NCBI RefSeq assembly: GCF_009834535.1
Contig: NC_045698.1
Location: forward strand, 9,178,001 to 9,242,000
Length of the DNA stretch: 64,000 bases
Direction of reading: 5' to 3'
Origin: Camelus ferus
Taxonomy: Eukaryota
Shown in pieces: positions 1-12,675 of the stretch. The translations under genes and the position numbers were made by a program. The number at the start of each line of letters is the position of its first letter. Position 1 is the first letter of the stretch. A model generated the notes under the pieces. It was not told the origin of the DNA. It saw only the letters and a program-made list of their open reading frames with translations, and ran no database searches.

Positions 1-395
1 TGTCCTTTCCCACCCCCGTTCCCCACTGGTAACCATAAGTTTGTTTTCTATGTCTGTGAGTCTGTTTGTTTGGTTTTTTTAAGGTTCCACATGTGAGTAA
101 TATCATATGGTATTTTTCTTTCTCTTTCTGGCTTATTTCACTTAGAATGATGATCTCTAGATCCACCCATGTTGCTGCAAGTGGTATTATTTTATTCTTT
201 TTTAAGTCTGAGTAATATTCCATTGTATCAATATCTCACAACTTCTTTATACAGTCCTCTGTCATTGGACATTTAGGTTGTTTCCATGTCTTGGCTATTG
301 TAAATAGTGCTGCTGTGAACATTGGGGTACGTGTATTTTTTTGAATTAGAGTTCTGTCTAGATATATGCCCAGGCGTGGGGTTGCTGGATCATAT
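1..395 (-). mobile_element. 5'-truncated L1 (ORF2 C-terminus plus 3' UTR), relatively young; continues off the left edge of the window
   Basis: ORF 236..427(-) contains YDPATPRLGIY..TPMFTAALFTIAKTWKQPKCP, matching the L1 ORF2 C-terminal motif YDPAIPLLGIY..MFIAALFTIAKTWKQPKCP. A typical L1 3' UTR follows (+ strand GGTAACCATAAGTTTGTTTTCTATGTCTGTGAGTCTG). Confidence 0.95.
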
Positions 396-2827
396 CCAAA
401 AATTCTATCTTCATTCTTGATGAGCAATCAATCACATGGCCACGTGGGATCAAGTTATCACCATGCAGAGAAACAGACAACCGTTATATATAACCCAAGC
501 AAACTAGTTCACGTTTTTAAAGGAGAATGTAGCACAGATACAAATGTATACTCTAACTTCACCTGAAAAATAAGGATTTGACTTGAGCACTCTGATAAAA
601 TAGTATAGTTGCATTTGCAGCAGGAGAAAACACATTTCCTACCCAGGAGAGATCACAATCTAACCTTTAAAAAGGTGGGGGAAAATAGTGGTATCTTTCT
701 CACACTTAGAAAGAAACAACAAATACATGACAGTAACCAGGTCTGCATTCAATTTGTCAAACTGGGCAACCATGGCAACCACTCTTGATGACGAAGTTCA
801 GGGAGGAGGGAGAGAAGAATACAGGTTCTTGACTGGGGACCAAATTTAGTTTTGTCCAACTCTTTAGGTCTAGAGAAGGTGGAAATAATCTGACATTCCT
901 CTCCTCCCACCAATTTGTACAAGTGGACTCCAGTGCTACATGGAGAATTCATTCAGTCTCCTACAGGGATCACTCAGCTCTCACAGAAAAGGACTTGGTC
1001 GTAAATTAGACACGAGCTCAAAATGACTCCACCCCTGTGAACCAGCAAGACATTAGAGCCAGAAGACAATTTCTCACTCAGTTGGAAGTCCCTTGTAAAA
1101 GGTTATGGATTAAACCTAATGGGAAAGAGAAAACACAATTCTGATAAATGATGCTCTTCAAAGGGCTACATTAACCCAGGCGCTGCTGTCAGGAGCCCAG
1201 AGAGTAACCTCCTTTGACCCAGGCAACGTGTTACCCATTGTGGGAGGATATGCCAAGGAGGTGATGGAAACAGAGATGTCGCCTGAACATGAGAAATGAG
1301 GCCCCATATAGCATCACACAGAGGTAAGATACAGTGTTTACATACAGCATTTGAAAAGCAATTGATGATGTCCTGTGGTTTATGCCACTTCTCACAGCTT
1401 CAGTTTCCTGAAGAGTCAACCCAGAAATGACCATATTAGAGATGAACGTTTTCTTCTCAAAATATGCTAAATTCAGTGATCTACCCCTCTGAGAAAACAC
1501 GGGATTACCACCCTGCCACAGACAGGCTTCAAAGGTCAAGTGTTCTGAGACGGGAAATGGCAATATAAACGGACTCTCAATCCCATATGCAGGGGGCATA
1601 GGTGTGCTGCAGGTGGCAAATTCACCTGCTTAGTCCTGACTGGGAGATAGTTCCATTCCAAAATTTTCACACCACGCATGTGTTTAAGTTTTGAAAACCA
1701 TTCTGAAACAGATGGGTAATCAAAAACCATAAAAAAGAAAATCACTTGGAAATTTAAATTCAGTAACATCAGAATTGTGGGCTTACAAGACTATAGTCCA
1801 CATAGTAAAAATGTAATATTATGCTGTGATAAAGGAGAGGAGTGCGAAGTTGCAAAATTATTTCATTTATCAAATAAATATAATTTTTGAAATTGTATGC
1901 TAAATAAGAGGAAAACAAGAAAGTAAAAGAAAAAAGAATAAAGGAGAAAACAATGAATGTGAAGCAGCAGGATGCTTCTGGCTTCATGGCTGCAAACCGT
2001 TATATTCTGTCTCAAACCACATTATAATGGGATTATCAATTTAACAAAACTAGTAACTTACCCCCAGTAAACCAAAGTATTGAATTGCTTATCAAACATT
2101 CGAAAATTATATTTATAATGCATATGAGAATGTTCGATTTTATCCGGTAACTTTGTTTTATATTTAAGTAGTGTTGATTATTTGATACTGATATTGTTAA
2201 TATCTGGAGTAGGGATCTTGCAAACTTAAAAAGTTGTTTCTGGAATTGCAAGCATCTTTCTTTGGGAAAAAAAAAAACTGTTGTATATTTAATATTTTAA
2301 TTGAAATCTTCCTCTAGGTAGATTTCCTAGGAATAAAATGCACAGGACACGTCAGTCCTGCCTGTAGTCATCTGGTTTCCCCGTTTCATGACATTTGCAC
2401 ACTAAAATGTAGTCGAACTATTTAAAAAAGCTTTCTACAATTTACAGAATAAGCTTACAGCAGCAGATTTTTATTAGTGGAGGAATGTTCTTTTGCAGTA
2501 TAAATTCATAGATAGTAGAATTAATTTTTTTTAAAAGTTTTCTATTGATTGCAGTTGATGCTTTGCTGTGTCACTACTTAATATTATAAATCCTAATCCT
2601 TCTGATGGGTATTTCCTTGTGGAAGCTGTGTTACACTCTTAATCCATTTAGTTGGAAGAACTCTCCACACAACTAACATTTTTTACATTAAGTATGGGTG
2701 AAGCAGAATTTTTCCATAATTTGCCAGCTCTATGTTTAAATATTTTAGGTTGTATTACATTTTATACTATGTAGCTGATACCTTCCCTAAAGTATATTTT
2801 TTGATAAGTGTGACAATTATTTAAATA

Positions 2828-3315
2828 TATTTTATTGTGAAATGTTACCCAAATACAAAATGCTCAGAAAATAAGAGGGTGCAGGTTAGAGGATTATTAT
2901 AAACTGAAAATGAATGGAACCATCAACCAAGGGAAGAATTAAAAAATTGTCTGAAAGTTCAATGAGCCTTATGGCATTTAGCTATCTTCTTCTGGCTGAA
3001 TTTTAAGATAATCATTCACTGTATTATTTTCCACTTATTTATTCATATTACCACCTAAGTATGCATCCCTGAAGGTCCCTAAGCCCTATGGCTTGATTTT
3101 TCTAGTTCAAGACATCTATAATTAGTAGAATCATATGAAAAGCATATTTTTGTTTCTGGTTTCTTTTCCTACATGCCATGTTTCTGAGGCTTTGCTTTGT
3201 TTATTTTCATTCCTGTGTAACAGTACAAGGTAGAAATATACAAAATTTTAATCATACATAGATTGGCATTTGGGTTTACATTGGATTATAAGTAATGTGC
3301 TATTAACATATTACA
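2828..3315 (-). mobile_element. Ancient L1 (L1ME/L1MD-like) 3' end
   Basis: Begins TTTTATTGTGAAAT. Later GATTGGCATTTGGGTTTAC..AATGTGCTATTAACAT resembles antisense of the ORF2 C-terminal region. Confidence 0.6.
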
Positions 3316-3319
3316 ATAT

Positions 3320-4255
3320 TATTCTGAAAATCTTGAATAAGTTAGTATCAAATTAATCCAAGTACTATTTAAATAGTAACATGGATCAAGAGCAAGTGAC
3401 ATTTTTCTATGTATGTAAATGTGATTCAAAATTAGGAGATCTCATCATCTAATTTGCAGTCTTTATTAACTCTAAATACAAAAAGATACTTGATGATCTC
3501 AATATATTTTAAACTGGCATTAATAAAAATCAACACACAATCCCAATTAAAACAAAAAATAAATTCTTAGTAAACCAGAAAATAGATGATACTCTGTTAT
3601 TAATACACTTGAAAGTCTGGCCTATTTAGTGATAAAATAAAAGAAATGTTCACAATACAGAAGTGACTGAATTCCTGTTATTACAAAATTATTATTTTTT
3701 ATGGATGAATTAACCAATCCACTTAAAGAGGCAGACATAATGAATAGTATGCAAATTGGCAAGAAAGAATCAATACCAATTATGATTATTTGCCATTAAT
3801 GATTTATCTATAAGAAATCCAAGAAAATCCACTAATGAGTTTAGAAAAATAATAGGAAATAGATAGTAATAGCTTCAGAAAGCTCTCAGACTTTGTTAGA
3901 TTCAAATACTCTTCCTTATTATAACATTCATAAACAAAATAATTATTCAAAGCAGCATTCTAAAACCAAAGCTACAAAGCAACACGTAAATTTATATATT
4001 ACTTATATATTTAAATGTCATAAAAATCTATTTAGCAACATAAAAAAGACTAAATGAAGTTGACATACATAAAATTTTTTGTGTTCAAAAAGAATCTGAT
4101 ATTTAAAGTTGGGAGTTACATCGAAATTGATTTATGAAGTCAATAAAATGGTGATTATACAGCTAGCAGAATTTATTTTTAAACCTTTAAAAGATTATCT
4201 AAATGAAAAAACATATATAAGAGTAGAGCACTAACATTTTTGATAAAAAAGTGAA
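3320..4255 (+). mobile_element. Ancient degenerate L1 ORF2 fragment (RT region)
   Basis: AAAATCTTGAATAAG..AATCCAAG..CAAGTGACATTT..TGATGATCTCAATA..AATAAAAATCAACA is colinear with the recalled L1 RT sequence (KILNKIL..RIQ..DQVGFI..MIISIDAEKAFDKIQ). No intact ORF. Confidence 0.7.
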
Positions 4256-5602
4256 AATACATCTTTGCACAAAGCCTCTTAATTCACTCTTTTTTTTTTC
4301 AATTTGATATTTGCATTTAGAAGTTTAATCAATCTGTCATTGATCCCTATGACGTGAGATGAGGAAATCAAGCGATCTGACCGTGAAGAAGCTGTTCAGT
4401 GATCTTAGTGACATTTGCTTAACTGTTCCCTCTCTATTGGTTTTGGACACCTCCAGTAAAATTTCACTTTATAACTAAAATTTCATATAAACACTTTTAT
4501 TTTAACTTTGTGATATCTAACAGCATTCACAATTTTATAATATTACAAAGCTATTTTAACAGGTTCCATGGGCGTATGAGTGTCTAAATAGTTAGGATAA
4601 ACTGCAAAAAGTACAGAGCACTGTGTGTTGCCTTCCTACAGAGGAATGCCAAGATCGGAAGAGAGAGTGTTTAAAGCATTATCCTGGGTGTGGAATCAAA
4701 GTGAAAAATTTTTTAAAAATGTATTTATTCACTTTTTTGCTTTAGATTGTCTTAGCAGCTGGTACCATTCTCCTCCCCCCACCCTGCCTCCTCTCTTCCT
4801 CCTCCATAGATTCTTTTTGCAGGGGTGAATCGTGCTTTTTTTGTTTGTTTTATCCATTGCAGTTGTACCTCCATTTCAGACTTTATATATTCATATTTTT
4901 CTCCTTCCAATTATGTCATGGAATCATGTCATGGAATTATTTTCTTTTAATGCTTAAGATGGATGATAAAAAACAAACAAAAACAAAAAAGAAAGCAAGA
5001 CAGAGAACTTCAATATATACACAGAAGATAAAATGGTTAAAATTGACACAAAAGAGGAAAGGAGAGACATTTAAATTTGTAGGTAGAATTTTTTTATTGC
5101 CATGAATCAGATAAAATGATTTGCTCCTTTCTGTCTGACCAGATGAGTAACTGACTAGCACATAGTGTCTCACAACTTCCCTCCAAGTACACAACCCTAG
5201 AGATGCTATAATTACACGAAGCTGAGAAACAACTGTAAATAATAAAAAGCGTCTGTGGCTTTCCTTAGGGTGCAGAGGCCAGCACGAAGGGCTGTGGTGT
5301 GAGGACAGCAGTGGGCAGGTGGTGAGGGGAGACAGGAAAATCTAGAAAAACCTTTGATGTGTGCTCCTTGCTTCATGGTCTGAGCCAATCTGCTTTCTCA
5401 CACTTTCTATTATTAAAAAAAAAAATGAAGGCTAGCTTGGTTCTCTTGTGAGCGAAAATTCCCTTGAGAGTATCAGCTAAATTAGCAGGTGAAATACACA
5501 AGAAGAAAAGACCAAACTTCAGCCCTAACTTGTGCCACTGTAGGTTAGTATGGACAGGTGAGAGGTCCTCCTAGAAAAAGACCGCCCAACTCAACCGCAT
5601 CA

Positions 5603-5895
5603 TGATGGTTAATATCACGTGTTAAATTGTGGGGCACGGTGCCCAGTTTTTGGTCAAACACTAGTCTGGATATTGCTCTGGAGGTATTTTTTTAGATGTG
5701 ATAAACGTTTATATCAGTCAACTGTGAGTAAAGCCCATTACTCTCCATAATGTGAGTGGACTTCTAATCAGTTGAAAGCCTTCAAGGAAAAAAAAAATGA
5801 GGTCCCCCAAGGAAGAAGAAAATCTGCCTCCAGGCGACCTTGGGAAGCAAGCTGCAATGTCAGGTCTTCCCTGGGCTTCCAGAGTGCCAGCCTAC
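5603..5895 (+). mobile_element. ERVL LTR, MLT2 family (partial)
   Basis: TGATGGTTAATATCACGTGT..GTGCCCAG..TTGGTCAAACACTAGTCTGGAT..GAGTAAAGC..CCATAATGTGAGTGG..AATCAGTTGAAAGCCTT follows the MLT2 5' consensus. Confidence 0.85.
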
Positions 5896-7704
5896 GGATG
5901 ATAGACCTCTCCTCTTATAAAAACCCTGCTTTACTTCTTTACTAATACTTGTCCCAGGAGTGATGAATCAAAATTTCATTTTTTTGTTGAGGTAGATGTA
6001 CCAAGAGGAAGAGAGGAAGAAAGGATGCTGCCAGTTGGGAAGTTTAGAATAAAACAGCAGTAATGTGTGCATTTCAGTGTATTTTGAATCTAGAGACAGT
6101 GCTTATGAACATTTTTTGCTAATTCCATTTTATGTTTCCACTGTAGATCCATAGGAAAATTTATTTCTTCCAGTTAACTGGAAATTATTCTGCCAAGTAC
6201 ATCTGTCAATGTCCATTGCAACAACAGAAATAAATGTTTCATTCCAAAAATTCTTGGATAATTAATTGGCTATGGTTTGATAGCCTTTCATTCAGATGTC
6301 TGCAAGTTAAAGTACTAAATTCATACTCTCTATATGGAAGCTGAGACTAAGTCTTTTCCCTAAAAAAATATAAAAATTAAATAGGAAGTTGTTAGAGAAA
6401 TATTGGATCATAACATAACAACATAATTGCATAGCATCATAAACTATTTATACAATAAAAAGCAATGGATTGTATATCAAAATGCCCATATTTTAAAACT
6501 TAATATGAATGTAGCACAATGCATCCTTTTGATGCAATAACATGAAGTTCCTTATTGAAATAAAACCAGACCACTATATATTTACTAAATCATATTTTAC
6601 ACTTAAACACAGTAATTCTTACACAATGACTATTGATACATAGTTTATTTTTTTAGACTGTCTTAGTTAACTGTTTCCAATTCTTTGTGGCAGAGAAAGT
6701 CTGTAGATATTTGTTAAAACAAAAATTTTAATACATTGCTAATTAGGTGTATATATATTTACATATCAATTTATGATTTTATTACTCTTTAACATATGAA
6801 TGAATTAGCTAGCAACTCACTGTACATTTTTCAAAAAGAAAAAGAAACATAATTTTGGCAATTTAAAAAAATAGTCAATTATAAAAGTGTTTTTTATACT
6901 CATAAAAGTGTAAACTGGTAAATCATTTAAAATTCCTTCTTGGTGGGATTCTCAAAAGGGAACTGAGTCCACATTCTCTATATGTTTAGAGCAATGCTAT
7001 GCCCTACAATACCCTTAAATTTTTATCACTTCAGACTTCAATATTCACCAATGGACTGAAGTAAGATTCTTTCTGAAATAAGGTTGTGACTCATGATTCT
7101 GAGATCTAACTGCATGGACCACGAATATTCCATGAATATAGATGAGAAAGAAATGCTGAGTTAAGCAGGACGTCTACAAACAGCCTTTTACTTTGAAGAA
7201 ACTGTTTAACATACAACTGTGGCTGAAAATAATGAAGCTTTTTTTTGCAGAAATTTATTATATTAATATTAGTTATTATAATTGATATTTCTCAGTATTA
7301 GTTGGTGAGAAGCTTTGAAAATACGGGTTAATAAATTCAAGAGCTGTTGACATGATATTACTTATATCATTCTTGTATAAAAGAACTATACACCAAGAAG
7401 TTAGGAAAAAGTATTTTCTTGACACCTTAGATAACACAAATGAAATAATATTCTACAAACACTGTTATCATTTCAGCAATAATGTTCAAATCACATCAAG
7501 CACCTACACTCAGACTATGCAGGAATTAAATATAGGATCTGTGGTCCCATATTAAAGATATTTGAACAATCATACAAGAGTGTGCTGCCTCACACAAAAT
7601 CAATATAAATTTGACTTTTTTTTAGCAAGATTGGTGATCTCAATGGGAAGATACTCACAAAGCCTCTGCAGGTACAAGAATAACATGAAGATAATGTATA
7701 CGTT

Positions 7705-8085
7705 CTCTTTTGAGGGTTGAATCCCTCAAGAAGCAAACTCTAAGACAGACAAATGTGCAGAGTGTTTACTAGAGCCTTCTCTCAGGATCAGCACTAGTGA
7801 ACGGGGACCACATTGGGCATGGTGAGATGCTGGTCTCAATACAGTCCCTGCAGAGACCTCAGCCAGCCTCTAGTGAGCTCCGAAGATGAAATAACCCTTT
7901 GTCATTTCCCATGGTGGTGCTAGGATACTGGGATTTGTACGAGAGATGACTGGTAACTGGTTGCAGGATGCCCTGAGAAAAGACTTGACTTTGGAGGAGG
8001 AACAATCTTCAGACAATTCCCCAAGAGTTTGAAAATCAGAGCTGTCACCTGCCACCTTTCTAGGAGCTGCGATTAACAAGAGATA
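7705..8085 (-). mobile_element. ERVL LTR, LTR16-like
   Basis: CCCTCAAGAAGCAAACTCTAAGACAG..GTGTTTACT..GGATCAGCAC..ATTGGGCATGGTGAGATGCTG..CAGAGACCTCAGCCAG..GAGCTC resembles antisense LTR16 family consensus. Confidence 0.65.
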
Positions 8086-8989
8086 CAGTGCAACTTCAAT
8101 CATCAGCTCTAAGAGATTACATTTATACAGGTTTATAGTCCAGGATGTACAATTTTCTAGTAGTATGACTTGAACAAAGAAACTCCATCTTCACGAAAAT
8201 TAAAGTTAATATGGGTTGACTTATATGTTAGTTGAAAGTAAAAATTGAAAAAAAAACTTTAAATAGATTATTTTATTACATATATTTATAACCTATACAG
8301 ATGTGTGTAAATTTTAGTTCTAATTTGCAAAATACTGAATGAGTCTTTAAAACTTCAGTTTTGCTACTACCAAATAAAGTATTGCACAAAGTGAAACCTG
8401 TATTATTTCAGCCTCTGTAAGCTGAATGGCAAATATGCCAAATACTTTAATTATATATATTTTAGAATTTCAATGTATTTGTTGTTTCATTTAAAGTTAT
8501 CAAAAATTAACATCACTTGATTGATATCCATGCTTGCCATAACTGTACAATTATATGTGTTTTTTGCATGCTAATGATCATTTGATATTTATGGCAATAA
8601 TCCACAGAGACTTTGGACAAATCAATAATTGAAGAAGTGTTTATGATGAAATTTCAGTGTGCACAGTATTATGTTAAATTCTTCTAAATCACACAATATA
8701 ATATATAATATCTTTCTATCTTTTAAATAAATTATAACCTAACTGGAAATATGAGACACAAACAAGGAATTAACAATTAGGAACACTCTTAATGTTGTAC
8801 TGAAGGGAAAATACTTCATTATATCACCTGGAACTTCAGCTTATAATTTAGCACATGAGTTGAAAGAAGACATATCAGAGTCGGCAAAGACAAATCGTAA
8901 TTCTTTGAAAGAGAAATAATTTAAGAGCAGATATAAACATTAATTTTATAACTGCATATTATATTAAAATGAAGACCAATTGGAAGATT

Positions 8990-9300
8990 TCATTTTTCTA
9001 ACTATGCAATCTGATCCTTATTTCAATTCATTTAGAGTCTATTTAGAGTTATGTTACAGAAAGTAACATGAGTAATACGGGTGCTTTTTAGTATTTTTAT
9101 TTCTTCTTGGACATTTTCTTTTGAAATTATTTAAAATTTGCTCATCAAACTTTATAAAATGCCATAATGTATTTAATTGGAACTATAATAAATTAATTTC
9201 GGAGAATTGACTTTTTAAATAATCTCACTGAGAAAATAAAAAATTCCCTCAAATTATTTGTGTATTTTTGCTATGCTCTTTATTTGACTTTCCTGTTGTT
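8990..9300 (-). mobile_element. Highly degenerate L1 ORF2 remnant
   Basis: TTAATTGGAACTATAATAAATTAATTTCGGAGAATTGAC resembles antisense L1 (..ATTAATTTGGGGAGAATTGACATC). Confidence 0.45.
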
Positions 9301-9429
9301 GTTTTCTTCTATTCCTGACTATTTTATGGCCATCAATTATCCTTGTGTTGATTCTTTGAAAAATGCTAGAAAGTGGTAAGAAATTCATTTCTCAAATATG
9401 AGCTAACGGTGTGTCATATATCAATATGA

Positions 9430-9690
9430 AGGAATCACTAGCATGAGAAAATGTAAGCCAAAAATTGCTAGGATTAGCTCATGCCATATATAAAGACAAC
9501 CTAGCAGAAAATGACAAAAATGCATAACAGGAGAGGTCCAAGTGACATCTTGCTAACACTGAGGAGTTGGATCTAGCTCAGAGCAAAACATACCCCTGAA
9601 TCTCTTGGGTATTACTTCATAAAACCTTTTTTTGCCTTAAAATACTTTGAGCTATATTTAGTTATTTGCTACCTAAATAAGCTAACCAGT
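9430..9690 (+). mobile_element. Old MaLR LTR (MLT1J/K-like), 3' part
   Basis: Ends TTTTTGCCTTAAAATACTTTGAGCTATATTTAGTTATTTGCTACCTAAATAAGCTAAC, like the MLT1 3' terminus. Confidence 0.5.
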
Positions 9691-11528
9691 AGTGTCATAC
9701 TTTGTTCCTCTTTCTGTTTCCTGTTCTCTTTGTGTGCTAGATTGTGTTTTGACAACTTGATGGAGTCTTGAAAATACATTTCTGCAAATCCTCGTCTTTG
9801 TGTGATTTAATCATGCATTGGCTAAAGGGAATAGTGATATTTAGAATGAGAGAAGAGGAACCGGTTACTCTCAGAAGGATGCCTGCAGTCAACCATGTGG
9901 TGAATAAATACGGTATGCTTGATGGGCTCCAAGCTTCATTTCATGCAATTCCTGTCCAGCTCAACTTTTCTACTGTTGATCCTGGAGATCAACAGCAGCT
10001 TGAAGTCGACCATTAGGAGACTCTGTGTAGTCCCACACAGAGAGAAGTTACACCCAGAAGAGACAAGCTTCCACAGACCTCTCCGCAATGGACCTCTCTG
10101 TGGTCCCTCTTTGGTGACCAGATGCACTTGGCCGAACGCATGTGATAGGACTTGCAGTATGTGAGCCAAGGAAGGGAAAAGCAGAGCAGAATGTCTCCAT
10201 AGACTCACTTCTACTGTCATCTACAATAGACAGCTAAAAAATGCTTCATTTTTGGTGGCCAACATGCATAAAAACACTCAGGTCTACATGAGTTAAAGTT
10301 CACAGTGGTCAACTTGCTTATGCCTAACTATTACAATGTATGGTAAGAAGGAGAGAAGAATTCTGTATATGTTTAAGGGGAGAGAAACTTTCAGCCTAAG
10401 GACAATTCTGAAAGATTTTCTTTAGCACAAGGGGATGATCCAAGCTTGGTTGGATCCTAGGAGCTATAGTATTTATAATGAATTACTCCTGGAAATTTCA
10501 GGTGGTATAGAAAATGTTTAGGAGTCTTCTGCTTCTGCAGACTTCTTAATAATATTCTTTTCTAAATTGTAGTTCCCAGAAATGCAGAAGTGGGATCGAT
10601 TGTGAGGGAAAGAGGACTGAAATCATATGCAGACGAAGGAAACAGCCTTCCCTCTCAGTCCAAATGAAATCTCCATGTCACTCAGTGTAACCCAAGGACT
10701 CTGATGCACCGCCCAGCCATCCGCGATCTGTAGATTTCCTCTGCAGTCTACCTGACTTACTGTCCCTGTCCCTGCACATCGGAGGAAGCTCAGCTGTGAT
10801 TGAGGAAGACTTGCTGTGAAGCACCAGCTTCCCTGACGGAGGCATAAACACACGCACACACACAAAACAGAAACCACGCAAGGAAGTCTCATTCTAGCCA
10901 GCCCATAGGGCACAGTCAGAAAGCAAAATTTGCAAGTGGGATTTTGGATCACTGTTTTCACCTCCCTCCAGGAGAAATGAAGCTGTAGTGGAGCACTGAG
11001 TCAGAAGAAGGGGTAAGTACAGCCAACAACCTGAAATGTCACATTAAACTTCCCTTAATCTGTGTTTCTTTTCAGCCAGGACACCCAGAGCAGAAAATGA
11101 GACCATATTTCTGGAAAGAATGAGAATTAGTGATGAGGAAGACTCTCTCTCTAATGAACAGCTGGCAATTCTAGAAGAAGGGAGTAAGTAATTCCCTACA
11201 TGCTGAGTTTATTTATGCTGCATCTGAGATGTGAAATAAGAAAGCTTTCAACATAATTAAGGACCATTCAGCATGTGGTGCTACTACCCTCTGAGGACAG
11301 CCTAGAGAAGGTACCTGATGTTTGAATCCATTCTTCATATTTTGCCCTACTCTGCAAGGCACATGGAGGAAGAATTTGGAGGACAGATGATGCTTTCGGG
11401 AATTGCAGATACTTCCCTGGAGAGAAAGTGAAATGGGTGGGAAGATAATTATCCAACATCTGGCCCATAAGTCTTGTTAAGGAGTAGAGGATCCCCGTTT
11501 AGCAGACTACTCTGGAAGTCCTTTAGCG

Positions 11529-11763
11529 AAGGGGTTGACAAATTTTTTTTGTAAAAAGCCACAGAATAAATATTTCAGTCTTGTTATCTACACTGCCTCT
11601 CTTGTAGCTTCTTCACTCTACGTTTTTGGAATGTGAGTAGTCTTGGGCTGTACATAAATGAATGGGTGTGGCTATTTTCCAATAAACAAACAAAACAAAA
11701 AAAACCAGATAAACAGGTACTGAGATGTATGTGGTCAACCAGTTGTAGTTTACCCACCCCTTG
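11529..11763. mobile_element. MER58A hAT-Charlie MITE, near full length
   Basis: Terminal inverted repeats AAGGGGTTGACAAA..TTTACCCACCCCTTG. Internal ATAAATGAATGGGTGTGGCTATTTTCCAATAAA matches the MER58A consensus. Confidence 0.85.
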
Positions 11764-12569
11764 TTTCCAAATGAGGTCATAAGGGCATATGTTACAAGAC
11801 TATAAAACAAAAATAAGGGGTACATTATTACATACATAACATCAGAAATTTGTGGGTGTGGCAGGGAGGGGAGGAGACAGGGAGTGACAGAGGCAGCAGT
11901 ATCAGGCAATGAGGCAAGAGGTTTAGACCTGTGGCAAAAGAGGGTGGAAAGGAATTTCTGCAGATCCATTGACCACATAGTGATCTATTATCCAATTTTA
12001 TGCTATTTGAACAGCTGTAGTGTAAGCCCTTCTATCTCCTGAACCTTCAGTAAAACTTGCTTCATAGATCAACATGGTATAAAATACAAATTTAGTCAGG
12101 GTATATTTGTTTGCTTGCTTACATTGAGACTATTAAGGACTAGAGATTGCTTTTCCTACGTGACTGGCATGGATCAAAGAGATAAGAACTGTATGGACAT
12201 ATAGTAAAAAAGACATCCTGAGTTCTGTGGACACTAATGGAGAGCCACCGAGGTCTTTAAGCACTTGATAATATGCAGGAAACCTAGGGAAAATGGCAGA
12301 TTGCTGGTGTGAGCTGGAACTTGATATAAGAGAATCTCTAGTGTCATTAGACCACTGCAACACCAAAGCACATAACAATTCACTTTATAAAATGGCCACA
12401 TGCTTGCTTACTAGGTCTCAGTAAGTATTTTATTGCATTCTTTGCTGGAAATTGTTATCTTATTACATTGGCATTCTAAAATCAATATTTACTCAATCTG
12501 GTGCAAACAATGGTTGAAATTGAGTTTACTGGTGGTGTATTCTTTTTTATTATAACACTGCTAAGCACC

Positions 12570-12675
12570 CATATTGAGATTTTTATTTTAGTAGTTCTAG
12601 ATGGGTCTTTGGATTGTTACTTATAAAAATCATCTCAGAGCTCTCTCAGATGTCACCAAGTTTGGGAATCACTAG
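12570..12675. mobile_element. MER5-like hAT fragment
   Basis: GAGATTTTTATTTTAGTAGTTCTAGATGGG..AAGTTTGGGAATCACT resembles the MER5A end. Confidence 0.5.

Noticed and set aside
236..427. 63-aa ORF with a recognisable protein motif
   Set aside because: It is the L1 ORF2 C-terminus in a truncated retrotransposon, not a host gene.
1585..1620. Two tandem CTCF-like cores (GCAGGGGGCA, GCAGGTGGCA)
   Set aside because: Both lack the conserved 5' CC(A) positions of the motif.
6168..6183. Perfect 16-bp palindrome TTCCAGTTAACTGGAA
   Set aside because: About one palindrome of this length is expected by chance in 64 kb.
9970..9998. Hairpin CTGTTGATC-CTGGA-GATCAACAG
   Set aside because: The stem is far too short for a pre-miRNA and has no supporting context.
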